64,000 nucleotides of DNA, taken from the IMG/VR virus record IMGVR_UViG_3300045988_174937; one strand, given 5' to 3'. The notes under the pieces are model-generated. The model made no database searches and was not told where the DNA came from. It was given only the letters and a program-made list of their open reading frames with translations. Positions 54,345-64,000 of this stretch are shown piece by piece; position 1 is the stretch's first letter, and every line of letters starts with the position of its first letter. The position numbers and the translations under genes are program-made. This DNA comes from a virus.

Positions 54345-54845
54345 ATGTCGAATAAAAGAGTTATGACTGCGCCGCTTGCGATTATCCGCATCAACAGCGT
54401 CGCCGTCGGTAAGATGAAGAATGTTCGCGTGACGGAGAACATCCGCCGCGGGCGTGTCGTGGGCCTCGGTAGTCTCACTCCCAGTGAGGTTCCGGCGGTG
54501 GAGTGGAGCGGGTCGCTGAGTTGCAGTTCGTACTCCATCAATTTCAACCGCCTGGCCAACGTATCTAAGAAAGGCACTTTCCGCCAGACCACCAGCGTCG
54601 AAGAGTGGGCCAACGCCATCCTGCTTCAGGAGGAGGGCCTGGAGTTCGCTATTCAGCGTAAGGTGAAGGACGGGGAAATCGACCCCGAAACGGGACTCGT
54701 AAAGGCTACCTATGAAACGTTCGCCCTGGTAAAGGGGGCGTTCGCTACGCGCGAGGGCTTCGACATCCAGGAGGGGCAAATCTCTGGTCGCGATACCGAG
54801 TTCGAGTACATCACCCCAATCCTCTTTGACGGTATCAGCGAGTAG
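54345..54845 (+). CDS. tail tube protein
   Basis: 166 aa, assigned by position after the sheath. It is preceded by a rare AAGGAG Shine-Dalgarno-like box. Confidence 0.55.
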   Translation: MSNKRVMTAPLAIIRINSVAVGKMKNVRVTENIRRGRVVGLGSLTPSEVPAVEWSGSLSCSSYSINFNRLANVSKKGTFRQTTSVEEWANAILLQEEGLEFAIQRKVKDGEIDPETGLVKATYETFALVKGAFATREGFDIQEGQISGRDTEFEYITPILFDGISE

Positions 54846-54873
54846 AACCGCGTTGTGTACCAACACCAAGTAT

Positions 54874-54914
54874 AAAGAGAGTGCTACGAAAGACCCGTGG
54901 CGCTCTCTTTATTG
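54874..54914 (+). terminator. hairpin terminator/attenuator after the tube gene
   Basis: 11-bp stem AAAGAGAGTGC/GCGCTCTCTTT (one G-U pair), 15-nt loop. Confidence 0.6.
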
Positions 54915-54935
54915 TTAAACAAAATAGTCCTAAAA

Positions 54936-55349
54936 ATGGAAGATTACAAGAAACAACTCTCCGAGGTGAAAGCGGTAGAGTTCCGGGGTGCAAAACTCAA
55001 CGTCAAGTTCCCGAACGTCGGCGAGATGATTGACATCGAGAACCTCAAAACCGCGTATTCCGGCGGCCGTTACGGTGTTATGCTGGCCAGCGGCGTGAAG
55101 AGTATGATTTATGCCGTGGACGTTATCGACGCCATGGCATTTATCGAAATCAAACTCAAGGCCGTCCGCAATATGCTGAACATCCCCGAGAGCCAGTCGA
55201 TGATGAGCGTTGATTCGGCGCTGGCGTCGGAACTCACGGCGTGGTACAAGCAGCAGATTGCTCCGTGGTACAACTCGATGATGTCGAAACTGTATGAGGC
55301 AGGAAACGCTCAGCCGTCTCTCAACGCCAAAGGCGGAGCCGACGCTTAA
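54936..55349 (+). CDS. tail assembly chaperone (gpG-like by position)
   Basis: Track start GTG 54897 lies inside the terminator hairpin, so it was trimmed to ATG 54936. Confidence 0.5.
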   Translation: MEDYKKQLSEVKAVEFRGAKLNVKFPNVGEMIDIENLKTAYSGGRYGVMLASGVKSMIYAVDVIDAMAFIEIKLKAVRNMLNIPESQSMMSVDSALASELTAWYKQQIAPWYNSMMSKLYEAGNAQPSLNAKGGADA

Positions 55350-55629
55350 CGACACGTTGGACCAGAGCGTCACGCGGTGGCTGACGCGGTTCCCGCTCGA
55401 CCTTTGGTGGCGAAGAAAACACGGCGTATCCTTCGGGTCGCCGCAACACCGGGCGATGAGTTTCTTTGACCAGTTACATGAGTACCGCGAAGAGGTATTA
55501 TTGCAACGTATGGCGCGTGAAAAACAAGAGCGTGAAGCCATGGGTGATGATTACGATTCGCGGGTTTTACAACTGAGCCAGGAAGAAATCGACGAGGACT
55601 ACGACAGTATCAACTTGGATGACTTTTAA
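55294..55629 (+). CDS. second tail chaperone ORF (gpT-like position), in the +1 frame relative to the previous gene
   Basis: Overlaps the upstream ORF by 56 nt. It has its own ATG. The frame is open from 55282. Confidence 0.4.
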   Translation: MRQETLSRLSTPKAEPTLNDTLDQSVTRWLTRFPLDLWWRRKHGVSFGSPQHRAMSFFDQLHEYREEVLLQRMAREKQEREAMGDDYDSRVLQLSQEEIDEDYDSINLDDF

Positions 55630-55640
55630 CGCAGATAACA

Positions 55641-57716
55641 ATGGCCGAAAGGGACATAACAGTTAATATCAACGGTAACGGTTCTGGAGGTACTGGCGCA
55701 CCTGCTACGCCTCCAGAACCGCCCACTACGGGAGGTGGTGATGCGCGGTTGAGTGCGTCAGTTTCAGACCTCGTAAGCGAACTCCGCAGTGCGTTATCGC
55801 AGGGCGGCGGCCCGATGTTCGGCCAAAGCGGTTTCAAAGGTTATCTCGACGACGTTGGCCGCAGTATCGTTACCCAGCGGCAGGCTGAAATCCGAAATCG
55901 CTTCGACTTGGAGCGTGAGGTGAACAGCGGCCGTTACATGGATGAAGTGGCGAAACTCGACGCTGAACGTGAAGCGCGGGTCGGCCGCTATTCTTTTGCG
56001 CCCGACGGTACGCTGTTTAACCCCGAGGGGAAACCGCTGCCGTCCGGTAAAACTATCGCCCAGGACCTCGATGCGTGGTATAATCCACGCCTGCAGGCCA
56101 TAGACCAGCAATACGGAGGAATTGACGAGCGTTTAGCTTCCGAGGAAACCAGTGAGCGGGCCGCGGTAGAACGCGAAATGGTGGACGCTCTACGGACCGT
56201 TGCGGAGGAATTGCGGAAGGAGTCACGTGAGAAGTCTTCCGGTGGTGAAGATTCTTACATAGGGCGGTTACGTCTTCAGCGAAAAGAACTCGTTGACGAC
56301 ATGGAACGTGCCGTCTCTGAAGATGACTACATGGTGGCCCGTAAACGTTTACAGGAATTCGACCAACGTCAGTCGGCTGCCGGTAATGGCGATATCTTTG
56401 AAAACGTCACAAACGCCCGTCTTGCCACTTCCGGCGCCGGTATGATAACCTCAGCCGCCAGCGGAAATCTTACAGGGATGGGGATTGGTGCCGCTGGTTT
56501 AGGAGCCGCGGCTTTGGGTGTTCCGCTTGTAGGTATTATCGCCGGAGCGGTTATTGCCGCCATAGGACAGACTGTCATAGCTACCACAAACCGCATTGAG
56601 TCGATGGGCGATATCGCTTCGATTCGCGGTATTTGGGGCGGCAATACCGGCAACGCTGCTTTGCGTAACGCTACGGCCACTGTGATTAACGCTCGTACCC
56701 AGGGAGTCTATGGTGAAGAGATAACCCGTAAGCAACTGGGATTAGAAGACGCCGAGTTCATGCAACGGGCGTTGGCGCTTATGACTACATCCGGCGTGTT
56801 AGCCAACTGGGAGAACCGAACGTTCTACAGTTACGCAAACGAAAGCCAGTTCAATCTGCGTGAAGGCAGTATATCTCAGGCCTCTCGTTACGACCGCTAC
56901 GGATTGGAATCCAATACTGCTATCGCCCGGTTGGCTTACGAATTGGAACGCCTCAACGATGAAGGCATCAATACAGGCATAGGCGGTGACTTGGGGTACA
57001 TTCGCATGCAGGAACGCTTTGATATTCAACAACAGTTGATGGGGCGTTACTATTCCGTGTACAACCGACCGAGTTACGAAGTCGCCAACGCAACCCAAGC
57101 GGCGTATTCGGCCGCTATGGACCCGCGCTTCATTCAGGATGGTCGCCTGGGGGATGTTATCGCTAAGTTAGATTCGGCGCTTGGAAATCCGAGTGGTGAG
57201 AATATGCAGGCTATTTCGTTTGACGCCTTGCGTACTTACGGAGCAGAATACGGGTTGGATAAGCTACCGAACCAGCTGTTGACCCACGTCCTCAGGAGCC
57301 CGCAGAGTTTCGGCCTCAGTGAGACGGAACGAAATTCCATGATTATTCGCCGTATAGCGGACATGGCCAATGTACGTGAAGAAGACCGTGGAGATATGAG
57401 TGCGCTGATGGGGAATATGGCGTTCATGGATATATTGAACCAGGTATTCCCCGGTATGAGTATCGAGGAGTTGGCCCAAACCATTCCAGGTCTCGCCACA
57501 GGCGAAACAACACGCCAGTATGCCCGCTCACGCCAAACCATGCGCCAAGAGGCTACCGAATCACACTACCGAATGTCGCAGAACGTAAGCGATTACGCCG
57601 GGTTCCGCACGTCGCTTGGTAAACTCTTAACCGCTACCGAAGAGTTCGCTACTCAGTTAGGTAGTACGCTGGCGAACTACAACATAGAAGAAAACGAGGT
57701 TCATCCAGGTGAGTAA
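55641..57716 (+). CDS. tail tape measure protein
   Basis: 691 aa. It follows the chaperone pair. Central Gly/Ala-rich hydrophobic segment (GMGIGAAGLGAAALGVPLVGIIAGAVIAAIG). Confidence 0.7.
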   Translation: MAERDITVNINGNGSGGTGAPATPPEPPTTGGGDARLSASVSDLVSELRSALSQGGGPMFGQSGFKGYLDDVGRSIVTQRQAEIRNRFDLEREVNSGRYMDEVAKLDAEREARVGRYSFAPDGTLFNPEGKPLPSGKTIAQDLDAWYNPRLQAIDQQYGGIDERLASEETSERAAVEREMVDALRTVAEELRKESREKSSGGEDSYIGRLRLQRKELVDDMERAVSEDDYMVARKRLQEFDQRQSAAGNGDIFENVTNARLATSGAGMITSAASGNLTGMGIGAAGLGAAALGVPLVGIIAGAVIAAIGQTVIATTNRIESMGDIASIRGIWGGNTGNAALRNATATVINARTQGVYGEEITRKQLGLEDAEFMQRALALMTTSGVLANWENRTFYSYANESQFNLREGSISQASRYDRYGLESNTAIARLAYELERLNDEGINTGIGGDLGYIRMQERFDIQQQLMGRYYSVYNRPSYEVANATQAAYSAAMDPRFIQDGRLGDVIAKLDSALGNPSGENMQAISFDALRTYGAEYGLDKLPNQLLTHVLRSPQSFGLSETERNSMIIRRIADMANVREEDRGDMSALMGNMAFMDILNQVFPGMSIEELAQTIPGLATGETTRQYARSRQTMRQEATESHYRMSQNVSDYAGFRTSLGKLLTATEEFATQLGSTLANYNIEENEVHPGE

Positions 57717-59011
57717 TGGTTAAAGTTACAGGATACATCGACATCATCCACGACCAGAAGAGCGTGGTAACAATGAAGGACTTCATTGCCTTCTATCACA
57801 TTGACGAGATAACCCCTGAAAAGTTATTCGACGATAATCGTGATAATATATTGGCGGCTATGTCGTTGGCTGATAAGTACACCTACATGTTCGAACACGG
57901 GTTGACCGGAGTTTTGGACACACTTACGGCCGATAAACTGGACCCTGAAATGGCGTTGCCCCGATTCGCCAAAATACGGGTTTATTACACCAACATTCGC
58001 CAGGAGAACGTCATCTACATCAGCAACGTAAAGGCCAAGATAACTAACTACGCCAAGTGGGCTGACGAGCAATTGCTGGCCATAACGGACTCAAACGGAT
58101 TCCGGAGCGAGGGTAACGTCGTAACGAAGGAATATCGTAAGATGGCCCCTAACATTCGTGTGTGCGGATGGTTTAAGGCGTTAGAGTTCGCCAACAACGA
58201 ACGCGAAGATGCTGCTAAGACATCGGCCTTGCGCGATATATCGCGCTTCATCGGTTCGATGTCCGTTAATACTACCAAAAACGGCGGCAACTTTACTTTC
58301 AGTGTGCCTCATGTGGCGATTGAAAATGCCGTAAAGAGCGACTACTACAGTACGCGCGGTAACTACGTTGTTGGAGCGGAAATAGAGGACAAATCGTATT
58401 ACAAAACTACTTTTGCTGACGATTCTGAGCGGAACGAAGATGACTATTTTAACTGGCTTATTTCGCCAAACGATTTAATCTTCTTGCGCTTTGAAAAGAC
58501 AGTTGAAGAAATCAACGACGACCTAAACAACCGTACTGGAGAACCGCAACTCCGGGGCGACGTATGGGATATGATTGGGCTGGTAGATTCCGTATCAATA
58601 TCGACCGACGCCCAGGGGGTATCATCGAATGTTACGGTGAAAGGCCGGGATTTGATGAAACTACTGATTGACGACGGTTCGTTTTTCTTCCCTGTTGCCA
58701 TGGACTTGGGAGCCCGTGAATTGTTCTCGAATACGTCAGGTATTTCCGTAACTGGCGGAGGTGACGGTCTGGGCGTTATAAATTGCAAGAACGCCGTCAA
58801 CCGCCTTTTAGGACGAAACGTCAGTGGTGTTATATTACCTTTCATGGGTAATATGTACACGCTGGAATTTGTACTCAAAGAAGTCATCAACTGGCTGTCG
58901 AACATAGCCATAGTACCGGACTATATTTTCAACCCCTGGGAAGACGACCGTACTACGATGGTGGACATCGAACCGCCTGCCCCGGAAGACCCTAAAAAGA
59001 ACGTGAAATGA
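57716..59011 (+). CDS. tail/baseplate protein, unassigned
   Basis: 431 aa, TAATG coupling to the tape measure. Confidence 0.45.
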   Translation: MVKVTGYIDIIHDQKSVVTMKDFIAFYHIDEITPEKLFDDNRDNILAAMSLADKYTYMFEHGLTGVLDTLTADKLDPEMALPRFAKIRVYYTNIRQENVIYISNVKAKITNYAKWADEQLLAITDSNGFRSEGNVVTKEYRKMAPNIRVCGWFKALEFANNEREDAAKTSALRDISRFIGSMSVNTTKNGGNFTFSVPHVAIENAVKSDYYSTRGNYVVGAEIEDKSYYKTTFADDSERNEDDYFNWLISPNDLIFLRFEKTVEEINDDLNNRTGEPQLRGDVWDMIGLVDSVSISTDAQGVSSNVTVKGRDLMKLLIDDGSFFFPVAMDLGARELFSNTSGISVTGGGDGLGVINCKNAVNRLLGRNVSGVILPFMGNMYTLEFVLKEVINWLSNIAIVPDYIFNPWEDDRTTMVDIEPPAPEDPKKNVK

Positions 59012-60894
59012 GTATCGGAACCGGACTTGTACGCAGAGCAGACCAAAAGAAGAACGAGTTCTGGGCCTTTAAGACCTGGGACCCCGAATGGTGTGTGTAC
59101 GGTCAATCGCCGTCATCACCGCTTCAAATAACATCCATTGTCGGCAACAGAACGTTATCCATCGACGGCAAGAAGACGCGAAAATTTCATCAAGGACTGG
59201 ATATATCCATGCCCGTGGGAACCTACATCCGTGCACCGCAGTATTGCAAGTGTGTTCGTATAAGTCGTACCCCCGACGCACCGTCAGGAAACTACGTCTC
59301 GATAGTAATTCCAGCGTGGTGGTTTGGCGATTCGGGTCCTTTTGGTCAATTTCACACCAATAACCTGTTCAATAACGCTCTTTACCGTAACGACTGGGCC
59401 GAACAGGCGATAGCTTCCTACGCTTACGCCACGGTGCGTTTTATGCACCTGAGTAGTATAGCCAACATCAACGAGGGCGAATGGTTAGAACCTGGTCAAA
59501 TCATAGGCCGCTCGGGAAACACCGGGCGTTCTACAGGACCGCACCTTCATTTGGATTGCGCTGCGTTTGGCGATTGGCTTAACCCTGCGCAGATGATGAG
59601 CAAGTGTTATTTTTCGATATCAAAGAAAGAATATGCACCCGCCATCAACCCCTACGACCGACGTCGGTTTACTACCGATGTAGGTTCCAAGCCTGTGCCG
59701 AATTATCAGTGGATAGGAGACTTCCAGCGGTACAACAAAATCGACGTACCGTTTGACCCCAAGGATACAGAACCTATTGTACCTGAGGTAAAACTGGAAA
59801 ACTTACAGGCAAGCCAACGCCTGGCGCCTGGCATATGGCAAATCGTCAAACTAATTATAGACGAAAACGTCGCCAACCGACAGGTCTTCGACGGTACTAT
59901 CACCAATCAAACCGGGTCGCTGCTGAATTGGTTTAACAAGGTATGTCAGGAGCCGTTCGTTGAATTTATGGGCGAAACGTTTGGCGACCAGTATTACTTT
60001 ATTGCTCGTCGCCCGCCGTTCGACCATTTAAGCGTACTTCGGGCGTATAACTACGCTATTGGCGGCAGTGGTTTGTATCACGTCGTGTCGAAAGAGCAGG
60101 TTGTCGAAACAAGTTTCACTCAAAGCGTGTCGAACGCCTATTCGTGGTATTATCTACGGCCGCGAGTTTCGTTCGGAGGCAACAGCAATACGACGTATTA
60201 CATTCCTGCGGTGTTCTTTCCTGAAATGGCGGCGTTGTTTGGCTCCAGGGCTTGTCACGTTCAGAGTAACTACTACAACACCGTGAACGACGGCGAAGCC
60301 GATATCGACAACGCCAACGAAAAGATAAGCAAGGGTGCGCGGAGTAACTTTTCGCAGTCGTATCTGCAGATGATGCTCGATTTGAAATTCCTAATCGAAA
60401 CGACCATATATCTGCCGTTCACGCGCCAGGGGACCATCACGCTGTACGGATACCGCCAAATTAAACGCGGTATGTGGATTCACTTTGCGCCGACGGACGA
60501 GATGTATTACGTTGACGCCGTGACGAACACATTCCAGAGCGTCGGCAATCGGGTTTTCCGCTCCACCACGCTTCAGGTTTCACGGGGTATGAAAGTATCC
60601 CTGATTGATAAGCGGCGCCGACTGATAGCCGGAAGCACGAGCCTAACGGACAGAGGTGTTGAGGGCTTCGACTGGGAACGGGCTTCGTACCACGGGTATT
60701 TCGGCATTGTAGATTTTGGGGATATATCCGAGGGACATGACTATCCTGACAAGTGGGACGGCCTAATAGACGGCTCTACTACGTTCAACGAATGTATATC
60801 CGACATCAAGATTAACCAAATGGTGTTGAACGAACTCTGTAAAAAGGTGGGATTTTTACCAAACGACACAAACAATGGAAACAAAGGAATTTAG
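59008..60894 (+). CDS. baseplate hub-region protein with peptidase M23 (LytM) domain
   Basis: HQGLDISMPVGTYIRAP (HxxxD motif) and GNTGRSTGPHLHLD (HxH motif). Confidence 0.75.
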   Translation: MSIGTGLVRRADQKKNEFWAFKTWDPEWCVYGQSPSSPLQITSIVGNRTLSIDGKKTRKFHQGLDISMPVGTYIRAPQYCKCVRISRTPDAPSGNYVSIVIPAWWFGDSGPFGQFHTNNLFNNALYRNDWAEQAIASYAYATVRFMHLSSIANINEGEWLEPGQIIGRSGNTGRSTGPHLHLDCAAFGDWLNPAQMMSKCYFSISKKEYAPAINPYDRRRFTTDVGSKPVPNYQWIGDFQRYNKIDVPFDPKDTEPIVPEVKLENLQASQRLAPGIWQIVKLIIDENVANRQVFDGTITNQTGSLLNWFNKVCQEPFVEFMGETFGDQYYFIARRPPFDHLSVLRAYNYAIGGSGLYHVVSKEQVVETSFTQSVSNAYSWYYLRPRVSFGGNSNTTYYIPAVFFPEMAALFGSRACHVQSNYYNTVNDGEADIDNANEKISKGARSNFSQSYLQMMLDLKFLIETTIYLPFTRQGTITLYGYRQIKRGMWIHFAPTDEMYYVDAVTNTFQSVGNRVFRSTTLQVSRGMKVSLIDKRRRLIAGSTSLTDRGVEGFDWERASYHGYFGIVDFGDISEGHDYPDKWDGLIDGSTTFNECISDIKINQMVLNELCKKVGFLPNDTNNGNKGI

Positions 60895-61738
60895 GCGTTC
60901 TTCAGCACCTTTTGGCGTACAAATGAACCGTGCCTATATGGGGTCCGGCGGCATTGGTTATATCGTCATACCTGAGGGAGGAGAGAACCGGGAACTGTAC
61001 ATACAGAACTGCATGAGGACCAACACGGTATCTATCCAAGGCGGCCCTGGTCGTTCGATATACAACAACGTCCCCATCCCTCCGGCGGTTCTCGAAACGG
61101 TTGAATTCCCGATATCAATTGACGAGTTCGGAACCCCTATCGTTTGGATTCTCGACGAATATACCCAGTGGCCTATCGTCGTCAATTCGCTTGACCTACG
61201 AAAGTTTAACCAACAGCAGTACGGCCAGCGGACGATGCGTAAAGAGTCGAACGGCGTTATTGCCGAGGTCAAGACCGACGCTTCTCAGGGTATCATCGAC
61301 ATTTACGTGGACGGAACGGAGGATACTCCAGCGGAAATAAATATTCGCGTTCAGTCAGCGAACGTCGATTCAAAGGTAAATATTATCTCCGATTCTGACA
61401 TCATCGTTTCTGGCGACAAAAACGTCGAAATAACATCCGCAGCACGTATCACAGCTCATATTGTAAATGGAGTAGATACCGAGGCTGGAATCGAGGTAAT
61501 TCTCCAGGATGACGAACTGCAATATACCACCAAAGGGGCGAAATCCACTTTCACCGTAAAGGGTAACAAGGCTTCGTTCAACGGCGGGGAGAACCGCGGT
61601 GTGGTGAATATCGCACAAATCGAATCGCTGGTAAAGGCTCTGCAAAAGGACCTGCTGATTGCTTCGTCGGGTTCGAACCTTTCACAGTGGATGGCCAGCG
61701 AAATGCCGAAAATGGAGGATAAGAAACTATCACACTGA
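60875..61738 (+). CDS. baseplate spike-like protein (gpV/gp45-like, beta-helical C-terminus)
   Basis: Repetitive VNIISDSDIIVSGDKNVEITSAARITAHIV. Assigned by position after the hub. Confidence 0.4.
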   Translation: METKEFRRSSAPFGVQMNRAYMGSGGIGYIVIPEGGENRELYIQNCMRTNTVSIQGGPGRSIYNNVPIPPAVLETVEFPISIDEFGTPIVWILDEYTQWPIVVNSLDLRKFNQQQYGQRTMRKESNGVIAEVKTDASQGIIDIYVDGTEDTPAEINIRVQSANVDSKVNIISDSDIIVSGDKNVEITSAARITAHIVNGVDTEAGIEVILQDDELQYTTKGAKSTFTVKGNKASFNGGENRGVVNIAQIESLVKALQKDLLIASSGSNLSQWMASEMPKMEDKKLSH

Positions 61739-61743
61739 CGCTT

Positions 61744-62190
61744 ATGGGAAAATTAGGCATAGACCCCAAGATGGTCATCCGCGCTACGTGTAAGGACTAC
61801 ATCGACACGCTCTCCGCTGATGAGGCTGAAAACTACGTCAACGAGATGGAGTCGGCAGTCGGTGACGCCATACAGCAAAAAATAGACGAGGCTGAGACGT
61901 GGCTCACAGCAGCCGAAACCTCCGCTCAGAATGCCATCGACGCTTGCAGTACGTTGGCCGTTCAAGCCGTGTGTGCCGACCCTATGGCGGGTGTAGCTTC
62001 AGCGGGCGTTATCGCTTCTGCCAAGTCGGGTGCGGCTACGGCTAAGGCCACCGTCGCTACCGGCAACGCCGCAGTACAACAGGTGATACGAATCGTTGGC
62101 GGTTTCATGCTACCGCTACCTGCTCCAGTAACCGCCGCGGCGCAACTACTGAATTCGGCCGACAAAGCGTTGTCGGCGCTGCCCTTGTAA
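61744..62190 (+). CDS. hypothetical Ala-rich baseplate-region protein
   Basis: 148 aa, ATG start. Confidence 0.45.
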   Translation: MGKLGIDPKMVIRATCKDYIDTLSADEAENYVNEMESAVGDAIQQKIDEAETWLTAAETSAQNAIDACSTLAVQAVCADPMAGVASAGVIASAKSGAATAKATVATGNAAVQQVIRIVGGFMLPLPAPVTAAAQLLNSADKALSALPL

Positions 62191-62218
62191 CAAGTATAAC
62201 TGATGTAAATTTAAGACG

Positions 62219-63007
62219 ATGCCTACCATAGCAGGAACAGTTCTGAATAAAGCCAAAGGCGACTTCGCCACCGCGGCGAGCGACGCGCTCGTTACGATGG
62301 GGCGCGGGTTGGTACACGCCGTTGCACCCGACGACTATGAGTACTACATGTGTACGTTGGAGTTGCTTCGTTCGAGCGGTGAAACGGCGGCTTTCATGAA
62401 TCTGCCTGTAATGCCCAGTAACATCACCGAAAGCCGGACCTCGCTTACTACTATCACCAAAACCAACAACGTGGTAGTGTCGATGATTAATCCGTCGTTT
62501 AACCCGGTCGATATTTCACTGCGCGGGACGTTCGGTCGTAAGTTACGTATTTCGTTCGGCCAACAGCAGTTCAAAGACACGGCCGAAGATGGCGCGTCGA
62601 TACCGTTCTTCAATATCGGTATGTTCACCGGAGCGGCAGGTGTAGGTGATAATCGCGCGATGATAGCCAAAACGGGGTACGGCCTTACTAAGATGATGCA
62701 GAAAATCCTCACGGCGGCCACCAAATTGGACCCTAACGGCAAGCCCTATCGGCTGGTGTTTACCAACCACGCCTTCAACACGGCATATTACGTCGAGGTC
62801 ATCCAGGATAACTATTCGATGGACGAGAATAACAACATGATTTGGAATTACTCCATCGAATTACGCGCCGTGGCGGCCTATACTACCATCAAGTCGGTAA
62901 ACGACTTCCTGGGACAGGTCATGAATCAATCGTTGAGTAGAAGTGTAACGCGGGTACTGGGGCAGGTTAGCGACCTGTTGGCGTGCGGCGTCATGAATAT
63001 GTTTTAG
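62219..63007 (+). CDS. baseplate-region protein, unassigned
   Basis: 262 aa, ATG start. Confidence 0.45.
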   Translation: MPTIAGTVLNKAKGDFATAASDALVTMGRGLVHAVAPDDYEYYMCTLELLRSSGETAAFMNLPVMPSNITESRTSLTTITKTNNVVVSMINPSFNPVDISLRGTFGRKLRISFGQQQFKDTAEDGASIPFFNIGMFTGAAGVGDNRAMIAKTGYGLTKMMQKILTAATKLDPNGKPYRLVFTNHAFNTAYYVEVIQDNYSMDENNNMIWNYSIELRAVAAYTTIKSVNDFLGQVMNQSLSRSVTRVLGQVSDLLACGVMNMF

Positions 63008-63009
63008 CC

Positions 63010-64000
63010 ATGTTGATTCCCGAATACATAATCCGCTTTTCTAACGTCACGAAATACCGCTTGACGGATTTTCTGGAACGTTATCAGGACTTCTTTGATA
63101 ACGACTATTCGTCCATCAACCAATATTTCTCCGGACTCAGCGAAAGCGTCAACCACGACCGCTTGCGCCGTCTCCAGAAACTGCTCGATGATTGCCACGA
63201 ACTCCAGGCTCAGTTCAAGAACTACGATAACCGTTTCGACAACTGCGGCTACTGGTTACTGATGGAGTGGATAGACAACCTGGTCGTCCAGGTGGAAAAG
63301 GTTACGAAGCTACCTAAGTTCCGACGCACTACGCTTACAGCCCGTAACTACAAGCCCGTCATTCAGGTGGAATCCACTATCGGTGCACAGCGCACGATGG
63401 AGGACCTGTCTGAGGCTATCCAGTCCAACGGTATGGATCGCGTTTCATGGGAGCAACTGATGATGGATAACGACCTGGAAGAGGACCAGTGGGAAATCGA
63501 CGAGTTGAAGCCCGTAACCGCCATGGTGAATAACATAACCCCGGCGGCGGTGAAGACTATTCTCGAACCTCCGGTCGGCGAACAGGTCTATGGTAAGGAC
63601 ATCGCCCGGAAGATTACTATCGAGGTAGAAGAGGAAGTGGCAACAAAGGCCGTTTTCCGACGTTCTGGCGACGAAACGACCGTTACCTCGGCCCGGCGTA
63701 TAGGCGACCTGAAAATCGTTAAATACAAGGACAACATCGACCAAAAGGTGATGATACTCATGGGCATGAACCGCGGCACCGTTCCCGACAACCCGCTGCT
63801 GGGGGTTGACCCTAACCTGACGGCCGGAGTTACCGCAGCTCAGCTGGCCTTACCTACGGTTCGCCGCCAGATGGTGGACACGTTCCTTCAGGACGACCTG
63901 TTTGAGTCGGTCGATATGACAGCTATTGAACAGAACCAGGATTCGTTGGTTTGTACGCTGGAAATTAAGACAAAGTACAACGATAAGGTGACCAAAAAAG
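63010..64000 (+). CDS. baseplate wedge-like protein, 3' end beyond the window (possible gp25/GPW-like segment)
   Basis: Hand-translated from ATG 63010 with no stop through nt 64000. It is absent from the ORF track because it is open-ended. ...MGMNRGTVPDNPLLGVDPNL resembles the gp25-like core. Confidence 0.5.
   Translation, partial: MLIPEYIIRFSNVTKYRLTDFLERYQDFFDNDYSSINQYFSGLSESVNHDRLRRLQKLLDDCHELQAQFKNYDNRFDNCGYWLLMEWIDNLVVQVEKVTKLPKFRRTTLTARNYKPVIQVESTIGAQRTMEDLSEAIQSNGMDRVSWEQLMMDNDLEEDQWEIDELKPVTAMVNNITPAAVKTILEPPVGEQVYGKDIARKITIEVEEEVATKAVFRRSGDETTVTSARRIGDLKIVKYKDNIDQKVMILMGMNRGTVPDNPLLGVDPNLTAGVTAAQLALPTVRRQMVDTFLQDDLFESVDMTAIEQNQDSLVCTLEIKTKYNDKVTKK

Noticed and set aside
1-64000. Temperate-phage / mobile-element hallmarks (integrase, repressor switch, att site, transposase) and a diversity-generating retroelement
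   Set aside because: No recombinase, reverse transcriptase or transposase motifs were seen in any frame. I could not identify any long near-identical template/variable repeat pair by eye. The internal repeats at 32269-33051 are in-frame protein repeats.

Overview
This window is a contiguous 64-kb stretch of a tailed dsDNA phage genome with a contractile-tail (myovirus-like) gene order. Every gene I can support is on the + strand. Genes are tightly packed, with many ATGA/TAATG start-stop overlaps. No integrase, rRNA, CRISPR array or transposon is visible. Layout: (i) 1-18.4 kb holds early/replication-associated and unknown small genes: the 3' end of an SF1 UvrD-like helicase, an HU-like protein, a DEDDh exonuclease and one tRNA-Gln(UUG). 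(ii) 18.5-28 kb holds the terminase large subunit, dUTPase, a ferritin-like di-metal protein, a FEN-type 5'-3' exonuclease, a candidate DNA base-hypermodification gene and the portal. (iii) 28-44 kb holds a fibre-like protein, a lysis-like trio and a ~12-kb block of putative capsid-cargo/enzymatic proteins. That block includes a MuF-like minor head protein, a radical-SAM/LmbE-like/glycosyltransferase cassette, an AAA+ ATPase and a kinase-like + ART-like protein. (iv) 44-64 kb holds an AT-rich fibre gene, protease-scaffold, major capsid, neck proteins, sheath, tube, chaperones, tape measure, an M23-peptidase hub and baseplate genes. Host inference is Bacteroidota. Four conserved promoter cassettes fit TTTG-N19-TAnnTTTG, and Shine-Dalgarno sequences are almost absent. 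Best candidates for new biology: (1) the rSAM(SPASM/twitch)-LmbE-like-GT-B cassette, which is translationally coupled to the MuF head gene. (2) A family of shared N-terminal leaders and an NRxLGRVG motif on putative packaged proteins. (3) The 520-bp non-coding hub at 13.35-13.87 kb, with an iteron-like array, a C-run tract, a perfect inverted repeat and an alternating Pu/Py tract. (4) A GC-rich structured non-coding region around the tRNA. (5) A C8 homopolymer that splits one apparent gene into two frames. (6) A compositionally foreign C-terminal module on a fibre gene. All functional calls come from motif reading by eye. No database search was run.
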